Shown here piece by piece: positions 18,337-27,560 of a stretch of DNA of 64,000 nucleotides. The notes under the pieces are model-generated. The model made no database searches. It was given only the letters and a program-made list of their open reading frames with translations, and had not been told where the DNA came from. Source of the DNA: a virus. Taxonomy: Duplodnaviria > Caudoviricetes. Location: positions 3,626-67,625 of IMG/VR virus record IMGVR_UViG_3300019459_001231; one strand, 5' to 3'. Within the stretch, counting starts at the first letter, position 1; each line of letters starts with the position of its first letter. The translations under genes and the position numbers were made by a program.

Positions 18337-19139
18337 TACACCGCTTTCAGTATCTGTTGAATGTTTTCAGATAGCTTTGCATTAAACTCCGCATCTGTTT
18401 GATTTATGTTTAATCCTTCACTAAGTGCTCTGCTAAAACTTGCAGTCATTTGATCATTTTGTGAAAGACGTCTGCATGCTTCAGCAGTACAATATCCTCC
18501 ACTTAACCCTACTAGTTTTTCCAAGTTATTGTACATGGTAAGATCCTTGTACAAGTTTGGTTGATCTGGTAGTGTTAGTTTTAGTATACAACGTCCTTCG
18601 AATTTTTTCAAGTGTTCAGATAGTTTTTCTTTTAATAAATTTTCTAACTCTGCTTTATCTTCGTGATCAATAGGAATCTCTGGTTCTACAATTGGTAACA
18701 ATCCAGCTTCACTTATACTTTTAGCAAGTGCAAACTGTTGATCTACAATCATGTTTAGTGCGCCATGTGTTTTTACAATACTGCGCATCTTGGTACCCAC
18801 ACAATTGTTGTCCAGTGCATACTGTGTCATTTCGTCCCAACGAAAGTATTTTAGGTAACCATTATCTTCACATCCACTATCTATTTTAAGAATAGCTCTA
18901 ATACCTTTGTTTTCTAGTATAGGTACCATGCCTCTGTCTACTGTGTCTTTGTACAGTATTGCATGACTGATGTTTTCGCCGTTAAAGTCTGGATGGTTCA
19001 CCATGCGCAATCGCATCAAATGGATATCATCCATTACTACTTCATGTGGTAAGTTGTGCGCATCAGTATAACCGTAACGTTCTAGTACGCCGGGACTACT
19101 ACCGCCACTGTGGTCCATTGCTGCTATAAATCTTGTCAT
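18336..19139 (-). CDS. class I fructose-bisphosphate aldolase (bacterial type)
   Basis: FIAAMDHSGGS, GTKMRS, LLPIVEPEI, ILKLTLP, LSGGY, ASFSRAL. Confidence 0.9.
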   Translation of the reverse strand: MTRFIAAMDHSGGSSPGVLERYGYTDAHNLPHEVVMDDIHLMRLRMVNHPDFNGENISHAILYKDTVDRGMVPILENKGIRAILKIDSGCEDNGYLKYFRWDEMTQYALDNNCVGTKMRSIVKTHGALNMIVDQQFALAKSISEAGLLPIVEPEIPIDHEDKAELENLLKEKLSEHLKKFEGRCILKLTLPDQPNLYKDLTMYNNLEKLVGLSGGYCTAEACRRLSQNDQMTASFSRALSEGLNINQTDAEFNAKLSENIQQILKAV

Positions 19140-20083
19140 TGAAATAAACTACTCACTGATTCTTCGTTGGTAATCCTACGCATTGCTTCGCCAAACAAAG
19201 GTGCTAGACTCACTTGTCTCACTTTTTTACTTGTGCCTTTGTAAGGAATACTGTCACTGATTACCAGTTCTTCTAGTTTACTAGCATCAATCTTTTTACT
19301 TGCACCGTTGCTGAGTACACCATGTGTAATGTATGCACGAACACTTAGCGCACCTGCATCTAAGATAGCTTCAGCCGCTTTGCACAATGTACCGCCGCTG
19401 TCCACAATATCATCTACTAAGATTGCATGCTTGTTTTTTACATCGCCAATTAGTGCCATAACTTCCGCTACACCAGCTTCAGGTCTGCGTTTGTCCACAA
19501 TAGCAATATCTCCATGAAACATATCAGCAAACTTACGAGCTCTAACAGCGCCGCCTGCATCCGGTGACACAAACACTGTGCCTGCTTGTTCTACTTCAGG
19601 TTCTTCTCTAATGCCAATCGAACGTTTGATGTCTTTGGCAAATACTACACGGCTTGTTAAATCATCCACAGGAATATCAAAAAAGCCTTGTATTTGTCCT
19701 GCATGTAGATCCATTGTTAAAATTCTATCTGCGCCCGCTCGTTGCAATAGATCAGCTACTAGTTTTGCAGTAATAGGAGTACGACTTGCACTCTTACGAT
19801 CTTGTCTTGCATATCCAAAATACGGAATTACTGCTGTAATTCTCTGCGCACTGCTACGTTTAGCAGTGTCTATCATAATTAATAGTTCCATTAAACTTTC
19901 GTTTACAGGAGTACAGGTGCTATTCACTAAAAAAACATCCTTGCCTCGGATGTTTTCTTTAACCTCTACACATATTTCTCCGTCACTAAACCGATTGAGC
20001 TCTGCTGGAACGAGATCGGTAAAACAGTGTTCCGCAACCTTTTGTGCAAAAGGCTGGTTACTGCTTCCAGTAATAATTTTCAT
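19136..20083 (-). CDS. prs: ribose-phosphate pyrophosphokinase
   Basis: FSDGEI, PYFGYARQDRK, DLHAGQIQGFF, VSPDAGG, VDDIVDSGGT. Confidence 0.97.
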   Translation of the reverse strand: MKIITGSSNQPFAQKVAEHCFTDLVPAELNRFSDGEICVEVKENIRGKDVFLVNSTCTPVNESLMELLIMIDTAKRSSAQRITAVIPYFGYARQDRKSASRTPITAKLVADLLQRAGADRILTMDLHAGQIQGFFDIPVDDLTSRVVFAKDIKRSIGIREEPEVEQAGTVFVSPDAGGAVRARKFADMFHGDIAIVDKRRPEAGVAEVMALIGDVKNKHAILVDDIVDSGGTLCKAAEAILDAGALSVRAYITHGVLSNGASKKIDASKLEELVISDSIPYKGTSKKVRQVSLAPLFGEAMRRITNEESVSSLFQ

Positions 20084-20094
20084 TTAGTCCTCCG

Positions 20095-20400
20095 TTATAC
20101 TGCGAAACTTTCCCCACAACCGCATGAAGCAGTTGCGTTGGGATTCTTTACGGTCAGGTAACTGCCGCCTAATTCGTTAACATAATCTACTGTGCATCCA
20201 AACACAAACATTTCTGCCATAGGATCTAAACTTAGTATGTCTTCGATCACAGGGCCTTCAGGCTCGTCAGTGAATGTCCATTCATACTGAAAGCCACTGC
20301 AACCGCCGCCTTTGACTGCCAAGTTCACGTAACGTTTGTCGTGTTGCTTGGTCATATTTGCCAAATAGTTTTTTGCGGTTTCAGTGACTGTCAATAACAT
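20095..20400 (-). CDS. Fe-S cluster assembly accessory protein (HesB/IscA/ErpA family)
   Basis: VKGGGCSGFQY and NPNATASCGCGESF. Confidence 0.93.
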   Translation of the reverse strand: MLLTVTETAKNYLANMTKQHDKRYVNLAVKGGGCSGFQYEWTFTDEPEGPVIEDILSLDPMAEMFVFGCTVDYVNELGGSYLTVKNPNATASCGCGESFAV

Positions 20401-20822
20401 TATACTTTTCCTTGTTCTTTTAGTAGTTGCCGATTGTTCAAATGTTCGTCTTCGATATCGCTTTTAGCTTGACCATGATATCTTACTGCCATATGTTCAT
20501 CGATCATTTTTTCGTTGATGTTGATACCTTCTGCCCATACTGTTCCGAGTACTCTGCCAAATTTGCCTTTTTCATTATCTAATTCAGTTGATATAATAAT
20601 ATCGTCATTTAGATGATTGCCTAGCCAATCTTTAGCCAGTAATCCGAACTTCTTTTCTTCTAGGTCTCTTGTTCTACTTTCCGGTGTGTCTATTCCGTAC
20701 ATACGTACTCTTGCCTCTAATAACACATCGAATCCTAAATCCATTATACAATCAAATGTGTCTCCGTCAATGATTTTTACTATGCTTTTTACCCTATAAC
20801 TATAGGGACTTGGTTGCGTCAT
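20400..20822 (-). CDS. thermonuclease (SNase-like) family nuclease
   Basis: IIDGDTF, RMYGIDTPE, KFGRVLG catalytic motifs. Confidence 0.85.
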   Translation of the reverse strand: MTQPSPYSYRVKSIVKIIDGDTFDCIMDLGFDVLLEARVRMYGIDTPESRTRDLEEKKFGLLAKDWLGNHLNDDIIISTELDNEKGKFGRVLGTVWAEGININEKMIDEHMAVRYHGQAKSDIEDEHLNNRQLLKEQGKV

Positions 20823-20853
20823 AATTTTCTCCTCTTATAGGAGTATTTATGAG

Positions 20854-21210
20854 TTAGTCCCCTTCGCCTGGCTTCTCACTTAGTAGATGTGTTTTTGATT
20901 CATTTGGATCCCAAGTTCCATTTTTAGGACCATAATAACTGTGATCAGGCATAGGATCTTTTTTCTGTGTGATAACAGGCCATAGGTCTGCATACTTTTG
21001 ATTAATTTCTACCCAGCCATCTGCTTGTGGTGCAGTATCAGGAAATATTGCGCCTTCCGGACACTCGGGTTCACATACACCGCAATCAATACATTCAATT
21101 GGATTAATTACAAGTGTGTTCTCACCTTCATAAAAGCAGTCAACAGGACAGACTTCAACACAATCTGTGTGCTTGCACATGATACAAGCGTCATTTACAA
21201 TGTATGTCAT
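20854..21210 (-). CDS. fdxA: 7Fe-type ferredoxin (FdxA family)
   Basis: [21 protein letters not shown]; [12 protein letters not shown]. Confidence 0.93.
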   Translation of the reverse strand: MTYIVNDACIMCKHTDCVEVCPVDCFYEGENTLVINPIECIDCGVCEPECPEGAIFPDTAPQADGWVEINQKYADLWPVITQKKDPMPDHSYYGPKNGTWDPNESKTHLLSEKPGEGD

Positions 21211-21485
21211 TTTACCTCAGATTGCGCCGATAGGTAATCTTCAATCATTGTCTCTTTCTTTTTACGTCTATCTAACTCAACACCTAATGCGTTTTTTGCT
21301 AGTTCGTCAATCTGTGTTTTTGTCATTTTATTCAGACTAGCTGTTGTTTGCATATCGCTGTTCGATTGTTCAACCCTAGGCTTAACAACCAATTCACTAG
21401 TAGCACTTGCATTAGTAAACTTGTCATCTAATTCTACAGTGTCATCTTTGATTCCAAAGATTTGTTTAATCCATTTCATTCCCAT
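21207..21485 (-). CDS. hypothetical protein
   Basis: C-terminal [14 protein letters not shown]...[11 protein letters not shown] helical motif (SAP/Rho-N-like). Confidence 0.6.
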   Translation of the reverse strand: MGMKWIKQIFGIKDDTVELDDKFTNASATSELVVKPRVEQSNSDMQTTASLNKMTKTQIDELAKNALGVELDRRKKKETMIEDYLSAQSEVK

Positions 21486-21781
21486 ACTCCTAATATTAGT
21501 TTTGCATCCTCACTCATATTCCATGGTCCGAATGGAGGATCAAAAGTTGTAATTACATCAACATCGTTTACATTATCAACACTAAGTGTAGCACTTCTGA
21601 TATCTTCAATAATGTCGTCTGCCGCTGGACAAAACGCACTTGTTAATGTGTGTGTGATTTTGACATCGGGTAAATTATCAATGTCAATATTGTATATTAA
21701 TCCAAGATCATATATGTTGATACTTATCTCTGGATCATATACTTCTTTTAATTTTTCTATGATTTGTTGTTCAGTGTCCAT
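21476..21781 (-). CDS. DUF59/SufT-like Fe-S biogenesis protein
   Basis: LKEVYDPEISINIYDLGLIY, TLTSAFCP, FDPPF. Confidence 0.9.
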   Translation of the reverse strand: MDTEQQIIEKLKEVYDPEISINIYDLGLIYNIDIDNLPDVKITHTLTSAFCPAADDIIEDIRSATLSVDNVNDVDVITTFDPPFGPWNMSEDAKLILGVWE

Positions 21782-22040
21782 TTCTAGCCAATAACTTTAA
21801 TGTTAACATGTCTTCTTTACTTTTAAACCAGCATTCATAACCGTTACGATGATTGTCGTATCTAAACGCACCATAGTCATTGCCAAAAAGGTCTTCAAGT
21901 AATTTATGAAAACCTTTTGGCTTACTATATCGTTTGCTTCTTATAAACATAGTACAATAATACCTATTGTCCTGTGTCCAGTTAGCACACCATTCTAAAT
22001 CATTCGTTGTGATAGATTGCACTATTCGCTCCGTGTTCAC
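21771..22040 (-). CDS. hypothetical protein
   Basis: ORF overlapping both neighbours. Confidence 0.55.
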   Translation of the reverse strand: MNTERIVQSITTNDLEWCANWTQDNRYYCTMFIRSKRYSKPKGFHKLLEDLFGNDYGAFRYDNHRNGYECWFKSKEDMLTLKLLARNGH

Positions 22041-22452
22041 TACATTCGCAACTCACACAATAACAACGATTGTCTGTTGCTTCACGTATTAATTTGTCTG
22101 CAAATTTACAAGCATGTTCTGCAAACTTTTCTGCACCTACACCATCTAGTACTGTAATTTCTGCTAGGCCCATGTTCTCAAGTTCTGTGAACTTATACAA
22201 GAATGGATCTTCTCTGTCAATTACTGTCTTGTGATCAAATGTGTCTTCTAACCATTTCTTCAATGGCTTTAGTCCACCAAAGTCTACAGCCCAATTGCGA
22301 TGATCTAAACTATCGCAACCAAATGTAAACTTAAATGCTAAACTATATCCATGCAAGAATCTACAATGTGAATGATCTGCGTGTGGTTGACGGAACACTG
22401 CACTTAGTCCAATGTTATGCCCGTATGTTTTTGTTGATTGATATTTTGCCAT
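22000..22452 (-). CDS. queD: 6-carboxy-5,6,7,8-tetrahydropterin synthase (QueD/PTPS)
   Basis: HCRFLHGY, DFGGLKPLKKWLEDTFDH, terminal EH. Confidence 0.88.
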   Translation of the reverse strand: MAKYQSTKTYGHNIGLSAVFRQPHADHSHCRFLHGYSLAFKFTFGCDSLDHRNWAVDFGGLKPLKKWLEDTFDHKTVIDREDPFLYKFTELENMGLAEITVLDGVGAEKFAEHACKFADKLIREATDNRCYCVSCECSEHGANSAIYHNE

Positions 22453-22453
22453 A

Positions 22454-23059
22454 TTAAACTCCTTGACTTATGGTTGGTGCGGAGTCTTTATAGTGGGTCG
22501 AACCGTTAGTCCACTCAGCATATTTAGCATATGCTATTTGTATTGCTTTTGCTTGATAATAACTATCAGCAAGAGCGTTGTGCAGATCCTGTTGCATAGT
22601 TTTGCGAGGATCGCTGGGCAGTAAACTTAAGAATGTTCGACCATCTTTTACTTGCCAAAAGTTCCATGGAATAGGTGTAGCCATTTGACGATACATATCT
22701 TCTACAATAGTAACGTCAAAGCCATATCCATGACCCCATAATACATCGACACCTACCATCCACTTGGTCAAGTGGTCTAGGAAATGTTTCAGCCCGACTC
22801 TATCATCTTCTCGAAAGGCTTCTTCTTTTACTTTGGGATCTTGTTTGGCCCACCATTCAATGGTATCGTCTGTAACTGTACGTCCAAGTTTATCTTGTTC
22901 GTCTAAGTCCAAACGAAAATAAAATTCGCTGTGAGGTTCGTCTGATGTGTGAGGATTAAACTTAACACCGCCAATAGTTAGCACAGTGCAACGTGGACTG
23001 GTGTCCAACGTTTCTAAATCAATCATTGCGTGAATTGCCACGTTTTCTAAACTCCTCAT
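22454..23059 (-). CDS. DEDDh 3'-5' exoribonuclease (DUF5051-like)
   Basis: MIDLETLD, WGHGYGFD, HNALADS. Confidence 0.85.
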   Translation of the reverse strand: MRSLENVAIHAMIDLETLDTSPRCTVLTIGGVKFNPHTSDEPHSEFYFRLDLDEQDKLGRTVTDDTIEWWAKQDPKVKEEAFREDDRVGLKHFLDHLTKWMVGVDVLWGHGYGFDVTIVEDMYRQMATPIPWNFWQVKDGRTFLSLLPSDPRKTMQQDLHNALADSYYQAKAIQIAYAKYAEWTNGSTHYKDSAPTISQGV

Positions 23060-23171
23060 ATTGTAACCATAGTATACACATAACCGCTAAAGAAATCAAG
23101 TTCAAAGATAAAATACCTATCCAAACTTGAAAGGCAAAAAATAAACAAACTGGATAGTCCCACCACTTCAT
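23019..23171 (-). CDS. small membrane protein
   Basis: MKWWDYPVCLFFAFQVWIGIL..., hydrophobic; probable ATG at 23171. Confidence 0.5.
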   Translation of the reverse strand: MKWWDYPVCLFFAFQVWIGILSLNLISLAVMCILWLQYEEFRKRGNSRND

Positions 23172-23293
23172 ATTAAGTCTTTTAGTGCTTGTGCTATCTT
23201 GTCGATTAGCCATTTTTCATGTTCGTTTGGTACCCAACTTTCTTCGGGTATCATTGTATCAAATACTTCCCACATTGCATCTTGTTCGTTCAT
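23168..23293 (-). CDS. 41-aa hypothetical protein (below ORF-track cutoff)
   Basis: Manual translation MNEQDAMWEVFDTMIPEESWVPNEHEKWLIDKIAQALKDLI; overlaps both neighbours. Confidence 0.55.
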   Translation of the reverse strand: MNEQDAMWEVFDTMIPEESWVPNEHEKWLIDKIAQALKDLI

Positions 23294-23676
23294 TATCCAC
23301 GCCTCATGTTTGCTATGTCTTTTGCGTCTTCTTTTTTATCGGCAAATATAGGTACCATGTTTGACTTGTGCATTGTAGCAATACCTAGTAGCTGACGTTC
23401 GCCACTGTATGTCATACTTTCTTTTGCAGGTCCATGTCCTGCAACTTTGTCACTAGTAGGAATGCTACAGGCATCTGCACGATAATCAGGAATAGTATTA
23501 GTAACAATATTTCCACGTTTTGCTTTCTTTGCTTCTAATTGTTCAGGATGTACGCCTTGTTTGCGTAACCATTTTTCATGCTCAGCTTGTGCTTTTGCTA
23601 CTTTAGCATTGGGCTTTTTCTGTTTACGATTATACTTTGTTGTGGTCATATATGGACCAACTAAATGCATACTCAT
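23293..23676 (-). CDS. conserved phage hypothetical protein
   Basis: MHLVGPYMTTT and GIATMHKSNMVPIF motifs typical of marine myophage ORFs. Confidence 0.7.
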   Translation of the reverse strand: MSMHLVGPYMTTTKYNRKQKKPNAKVAKAQAEHEKWLRKQGVHPEQLEAKKAKRGNIVTNTIPDYRADACSIPTSDKVAGHGPAKESMTYSGERQLLGIATMHKSNMVPIFADKKEDAKDIANMRRG

Positions 23677-23678
23677 AA

Positions 23679-23909
23679 TTACCTCCGTGTATACTTGATT
23701 GACTCTTTGGGACCGTCTGTTGTAAACTCCATACCGCTTACATTACCTACATAAGTTTTACCATTCCACCGCATTGGTATTTTGTTTGTCGCGATGAATG
23801 CATCTAGGTGTTGTTGGAATTTAAAGTTATCTATTTCAGCTACAACTTCTGTACCTGTTCGTGTGCTAGTGATTGTTGCTTCATTAGCATATACTACTTT
23901 GTTGTTCAT
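23679..23909 (-). CDS. hypothetical protein
   Basis: ORF in minus-strand run. Confidence 0.65.
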   Translation of the reverse strand: MNNKVVYANEATITSTRTGTEVVAEIDNFKFQQHLDAFIATNKIPMRWNGKTYVGNVSGMEFTTDGPKESIKYTRR

Positions 23910-23921
23910 TTAAATACTTTC

Positions 23922-24470
23922 TTAGTCTAACATTTGATAACGGATACGAAAACGTTTGGTTTGTCCAACCCATGCGTTACGGCCTTGAGCTTTGTTTACA
24001 GTGTATGCAAACTCATGCCCATCTACAAGATACACTAAACGATACTGATTTGCAATCGTTTTTTGTTCATTTACGTATCTTTGTTCACAGCGTTGTTCTT
24101 GTCGATATCCTGTGATAACACGTTTTGAGGTATTAGCACCTTTGTCAGCGCCAATTAGACCGCCAATTACTGCACCTGCGGCTGCACCATTGTCATTACC
24201 GCTTACACCTTTACCTAGTATACCACCAATAATCATACCCGCTAGTGCGCCGCCTGCGGCATCACCGCCGCCTTGTACATTTCCGTACACAGGGACATCA
24301 ACTGTATAGCATTCATTTACAGGTGTCTGTTGTGTTACTTGTGTGTAGATGGGTTCTTTGCGAATTAGTTTACCTGTTGTAGTAAAACTATTTGCATGTG
24401 CTGCTCCAGCAACAAGTCCAATAAATCCACTGATAACAATTACGTGGAAGATTTTTTCAAAGTATTGCAT
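23922..24470 (-). CDS. glycine-zipper 2TM envelope protein (YcfJ-like)
   Basis: Signal peptide; GALAGMIIGGILG...GAAAGAVIGGLIG; ITGYRQEQRC. Confidence 0.8.
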   Translation of the reverse strand: MQYFEKIFHVIVISGFIGLVAGAAHANSFTTTGKLIRKEPIYTQVTQQTPVNECYTVDVPVYGNVQGGGDAAGGALAGMIIGGILGKGVSGNDNGAAAGAVIGGLIGADKGANTSKRVITGYRQEQRCEQRYVNEQKTIANQYRLVYLVDGHEFAYTVNKAQGRNAWVGQTKRFRIRYQMLD

Positions 24471-24663
24471 TCTTCATCTCTCCTTAGCCATACTTCAAAG
24501 AATTGCTCTTTGGTTATAGCTTTATCGTTCCATACTTCACGCTCAGCTTGATTCTCATAATAAGCATCGTGAAAGGCTTTTAGTTTCATTGCTTCTTCTA
24601 AGGTCATTATACACCTCTTTACTACAATTATACATTAGCATCTTATGCTAGCAATGTCAACCA

Positions 24664-24909
24664 TTAATGTAGATCTGGATCTCTTCCAAATCCTTTTTTT
24701 ACCTGTGGTTTGTGTTCTACTTCAATGTGCAAGTTTCTCAAACCTTCTTGTTGTTCATGAAAGTCAATGACAAGCCAGGCGTCCTCTTCGCTTGGAAGAT
24801 CGCCCTCTAATACATGGCCACTGTCATCAACTACAAAAAATTTGTATATTTTACCAGGCCATGGTTTATGCTCAGTGATTAGTTTTCTACTCATATGTTC
24901 CCTATCCAA
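24664..24909 (-). CDS. hypothetical protein
   Basis: ORF ending KKGFGRDPDLH. Confidence 0.55.
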   Translation of the reverse strand: MDREHMSRKLITEHKPWPGKIYKFFVVDDSGHVLEGDLPSEEDAWLVIDFHEQQEGLRNLHIEVEHKPQVKKGFGRDPDLH

Positions 24910-25055
24910 TGTGTTACATCATCGCATGGGTCATCGCAAGTGTTCAACCAATCTTCATTGGGATCTTCCATGGTTATATATTTACCGTTCAATATCTTCT
25001 TAGATATATACATACATAAATATCAATACAAAGTCAAGCTCTAAAGGAGAAAGAT

Positions 25056-25247
25056 ATGGCAGAAGCAGATGATAAAGGTAAATTAGAAGTAAGTGTTCGT
25101 ATATTAGGTAACGAACTAGTGGCACTACGCATGGATGTAGACGATTTTAAAATGAAATGGCTCGTAATGGGGGTTGTTGCTATTGTTGCTCTTGGATGGG
25201 CAGCTGGTAGTTTCGGACCTGAATTAATTGGAATGTTTGGAGAATAA
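25056..25247 (+). CDS. small membrane protein
   Basis: AAGGAG RBS; C-terminal TM helix. Confidence 0.65.
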   Translation: MAEADDKGKLEVSVRILGNELVALRMDVDDFKMKWLVMGVVAIVALGWAAGSFGPELIGMFGE

Positions 25248-25252
25248 AAACA

Positions 25253-25615
25253 TTGATAATTTATTTTTACTTGCTTCTTATAAAACATGCTGTAGCCGAC
25301 TTGTGGTTACAGAGCAGATTAAACAAACCAAAGTATGGTGACAAACAAAAACTATACACACCCAAACTTTGGTTACACAGCATGGATCATGCACTGCTTA
25401 CAGGTTTAGTTACACTTGTATTTGCAGGGATCTATTGGGCTATAATAATCACACTGCTAGATTTTGTATTGCATGCTGTTATTGATTATGTAAAGAGAAT
25501 ATACACTATACGTGTAAAATTAGATATGAAGTCTAACAAATTTTGGAAAGTTCAAGCAATAGATCAGATGGCACACTACAGTTGCTATTTGTTTTATGTG
25601 CTTATGGTGTATTAG
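25253..25615 (+). CDS. DUF3307-like membrane protein
   Basis: KHAVADLWLQ, LHSMDH, HAVIDY, DQMAH His/Asp motifs. Confidence 0.75.
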   Translation: MIIYFYLLLIKHAVADLWLQSRLNKPKYGDKQKLYTPKLWLHSMDHALLTGLVTLVFAGIYWAIIITLLDFVLHAVIDYVKRIYTIRVKLDMKSNKFWKVQAIDQMAHYSCYLFYVLMVY

Positions 25616-26387
25616 CCTGCCCGCCCATGCCACTGTGATTAACACAATAGTAGTACAGTGTAGGTGCACCAACTGCAACAACAATTTGTACATATGATCC
25701 TGATTGACCAGCACTAATACCCGAGTTTGTAACACCTGTTGTATATTCACTACCACCGCCATGTGTACCATCAGCAGTTGTGCTAAATCTAAGTGGATGG
25801 CTACCATTACTACTGTCACTTTGATCAAATCTATATGTACTACCTTCATTGAGTGTTACAGTTGCTTGCTGTACACCGTCAATGTAGAACTTACCGCCTG
25901 CTACTGTAACAGTAAATGTAGTTCCACTAAATCCGCCGCCGCTATCATCACCTTCAATGTCTGCGGCACCCACAAATACATCATCATCTGTACCGAGGGT
26001 TGAATCAGCGCCAGCGCCTATGCTTTCCCCTGCGTCTTCGACTATAACATAACCTGCAACTCCGTTTGATTGTAATACCCAAGGAGCATATTCATTGTTG
26101 TCTAGTGTTACTTTACGACCTGAAATTTTTACTATTTGACGAGTATGAATACCATCTTGGCATGTCATTGACATTTCGCCTTCAAGTAAATCTGCACTAG
26201 CTTTGTCTACTAGTGAGCATATTTTTGTCTTTGTGCCGCCTGCATTTGAACATTCAAAGCGTCTAGCACTTCGTTGCTTGATAATATATCCAGGCATACT
26301 TCCAGAACCATCATTGAACTGAATCTTGAATTGGTATTGTCCAGCTGTTGAAGCTCCGAAGTTTCTTTTGTTTAGTGGTCTTCCCAT
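25602..26387 (-). CDS. putative virion protein with C-terminal cupredoxin-like domain
   Basis: Late promoter at 26393-26400 directly upstream of ATG (MGRPLNK); SHPLRF...YYYCVNHSGMGG. Confidence 0.65.
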   Translation of the reverse strand: MGRPLNKRNFGASTAGQYQFKIQFNDGSGSMPGYIIKQRSARRFECSNAGGTKTKICSLVDKASADLLEGEMSMTCQDGIHTRQIVKISGRKVTLDNNEYAPWVLQSNGVAGYVIVEDAGESIGAGADSTLGTDDDVFVGAADIEGDDSGGGFSGTTFTVTVAGGKFYIDGVQQATVTLNEGSTYRFDQSDSSNGSHPLRFSTTADGTHGGGSEYTTGVTNSGISAGQSGSYVQIVVAVGAPTLYYYCVNHSGMGGQANTP

Positions 26388-26458
26388 ACAACTATTTATA
26401 TTAAAAGCCAAGATCTCCTAGAGGATCTTTTCTTTTCTTGGGTTTTGGTTTCTTTGTT

Positions 26459-26770
26459 TCAGGTTTTTCTTTTGGCAAGAAGTTTTCTTTTGAATTCGTC
26501 TGCGGGTGACTCCGCCTTTGTTGTGTTGTAGCTAAACTCTGGAGATACTTCTGATCCTTCTGCGAGGCTTCTTCTAAGGTCATTACTTTTGTTTTTGATG
26601 TCTTGTAACGTGGACGTTGAGTAAACCCTGTGTGTTGGAAGAACTGGCTTCTGGGTACTTTTCTCTCTGTAGATCCTTGTACGAATATCACGTATTCTTG
26701 ATTCCAGTTGTTCAACATCACTCCAGTCTACTTGCTCAGGTTCGAACAATTTTTTAATAAACTTGAACAT
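26459..26770 (-). CDS. hypothetical protein
   Basis: ORF after TAAATA-type signal. Confidence 0.55.
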   Translation of the reverse strand: MFKFIKKLFEPEQVDWSDVEQLESRIRDIRTRIYREKSTQKPVLPTHRVYSTSTLQDIKNKSNDLRRSLAEGSEVSPEFSYNTTKAESPADEFKRKLLAKRKT

Positions 26771-26771
26771 A

Positions 26772-27281
26772 CTAATATTTATTCGGTGCTCGTCGAATAC
26801 CTAATGCTTTGCTTGCAGGATATATTTCTATGTTTACACTATTGTTTTGATTGCCACCTAGTATACGATAGTATTCAACATTGTTTCTGTATATACTACC
26901 AACATAAAAACCTACGTGTCCTTGCCATCCTTGTTTACCTCTTGGAAATATTACTAGATCTCCTGCTTTGGGTTCTTGTATAGTTTCACCCCAAGTTAAA
27001 AAACTTCTTGCCATTAATGGAACGTCACTTACACTTTCACTACCCGATATACCGCTTTCGTGTAGTACTGCATTTACAAATGCTGCACACCATTCTGTGC
27101 GTTTTGGATCAACGCCTACATACTCTTTGAGTACAGTTCTATGTTGATACTCGTTGAATCCATACTTGTTGAGTGCAGTTTGAATATGCTCTGGAGCATT
27201 TGGTATTGCATTGCCATCTACTATTACAGTAGGCTCACACGCAGATAAAAGTAATATAGTTAAAACAACTTTGTATTGCAT
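26772..27281 (-). CDS. TIGR02594 family NlpC/P60-like cell-wall peptidase (lipoprotein)
   Basis: LLSAC lipobox; EWCAAFVN, ARSFLTWG, GHVGF, ILGGNQ. Confidence 0.85.
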   Translation of the reverse strand: MQYKVVLTILLLSACEPTVIVDGNAIPNAPEHIQTALNKYGFNEYQHRTVLKEYVGVDPKRTEWCAAFVNAVLHESGISGSESVSDVPLMARSFLTWGETIQEPKAGDLVIFPRGKQGWQGHVGFYVGSIYRNNVEYYRILGGNQNNSVNIEIYPASKALGIRRAPNKY

Positions 27282-27298
27282 TCGGTATCCTAATCATG

Positions 27299-27328
27299 AC
27301 AACACCTGCAACTTAGTGCAGGTGTTGT
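27299..27328. terminator. intrinsic terminator-like hairpin
   Basis: ACAACACCTGCA-ACTTAG-TGCAGGTGTTGT perfect 12-bp stem. Confidence 0.75.
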
Positions 27329-27377
27329 ACTTGTAATTACTTATGTCTTATCTCGATACCGCTAAGTTCTTTTCAAA

Positions 27378-27560
27378 CTATTTTGTGTCTAAATTGGTGC
27401 CAGCGACAATTCTTCCATTATCAAGAACTTTTAGTAGTTTTAGTTTTATCATACCGTCTAAGGTACTTTCAATTCCGTTACGTTTTCCTTGCGTATAACC
27501 TAACCATGTGCAAAATAAACAAATTGCTACGGCTATATAACCTTCGTAACCTACTAACAT
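27378..27560 (-). CDS. small membrane protein
   Basis: N-terminal TM; preceded by a sigma70-like promoter (TTGACA-N17-TATATT, about 27590-27620). Confidence 0.55.
   Translation of the reverse strand: MLVGYEGYIAVAICLFCTWLGYTQGKRNGIESTLDGMIKLKLLKVLDNGRIVAGTNLDTK

Noticed and set aside
9214-22452. Interpretation as a bacterial chromosome segment
   Set aside because: Metabolic genes are interleaved with phage-type clamp loader, split DnaE, orphan ORFs and TATAAATA promoters, with uniform composition and no bacterial operon context
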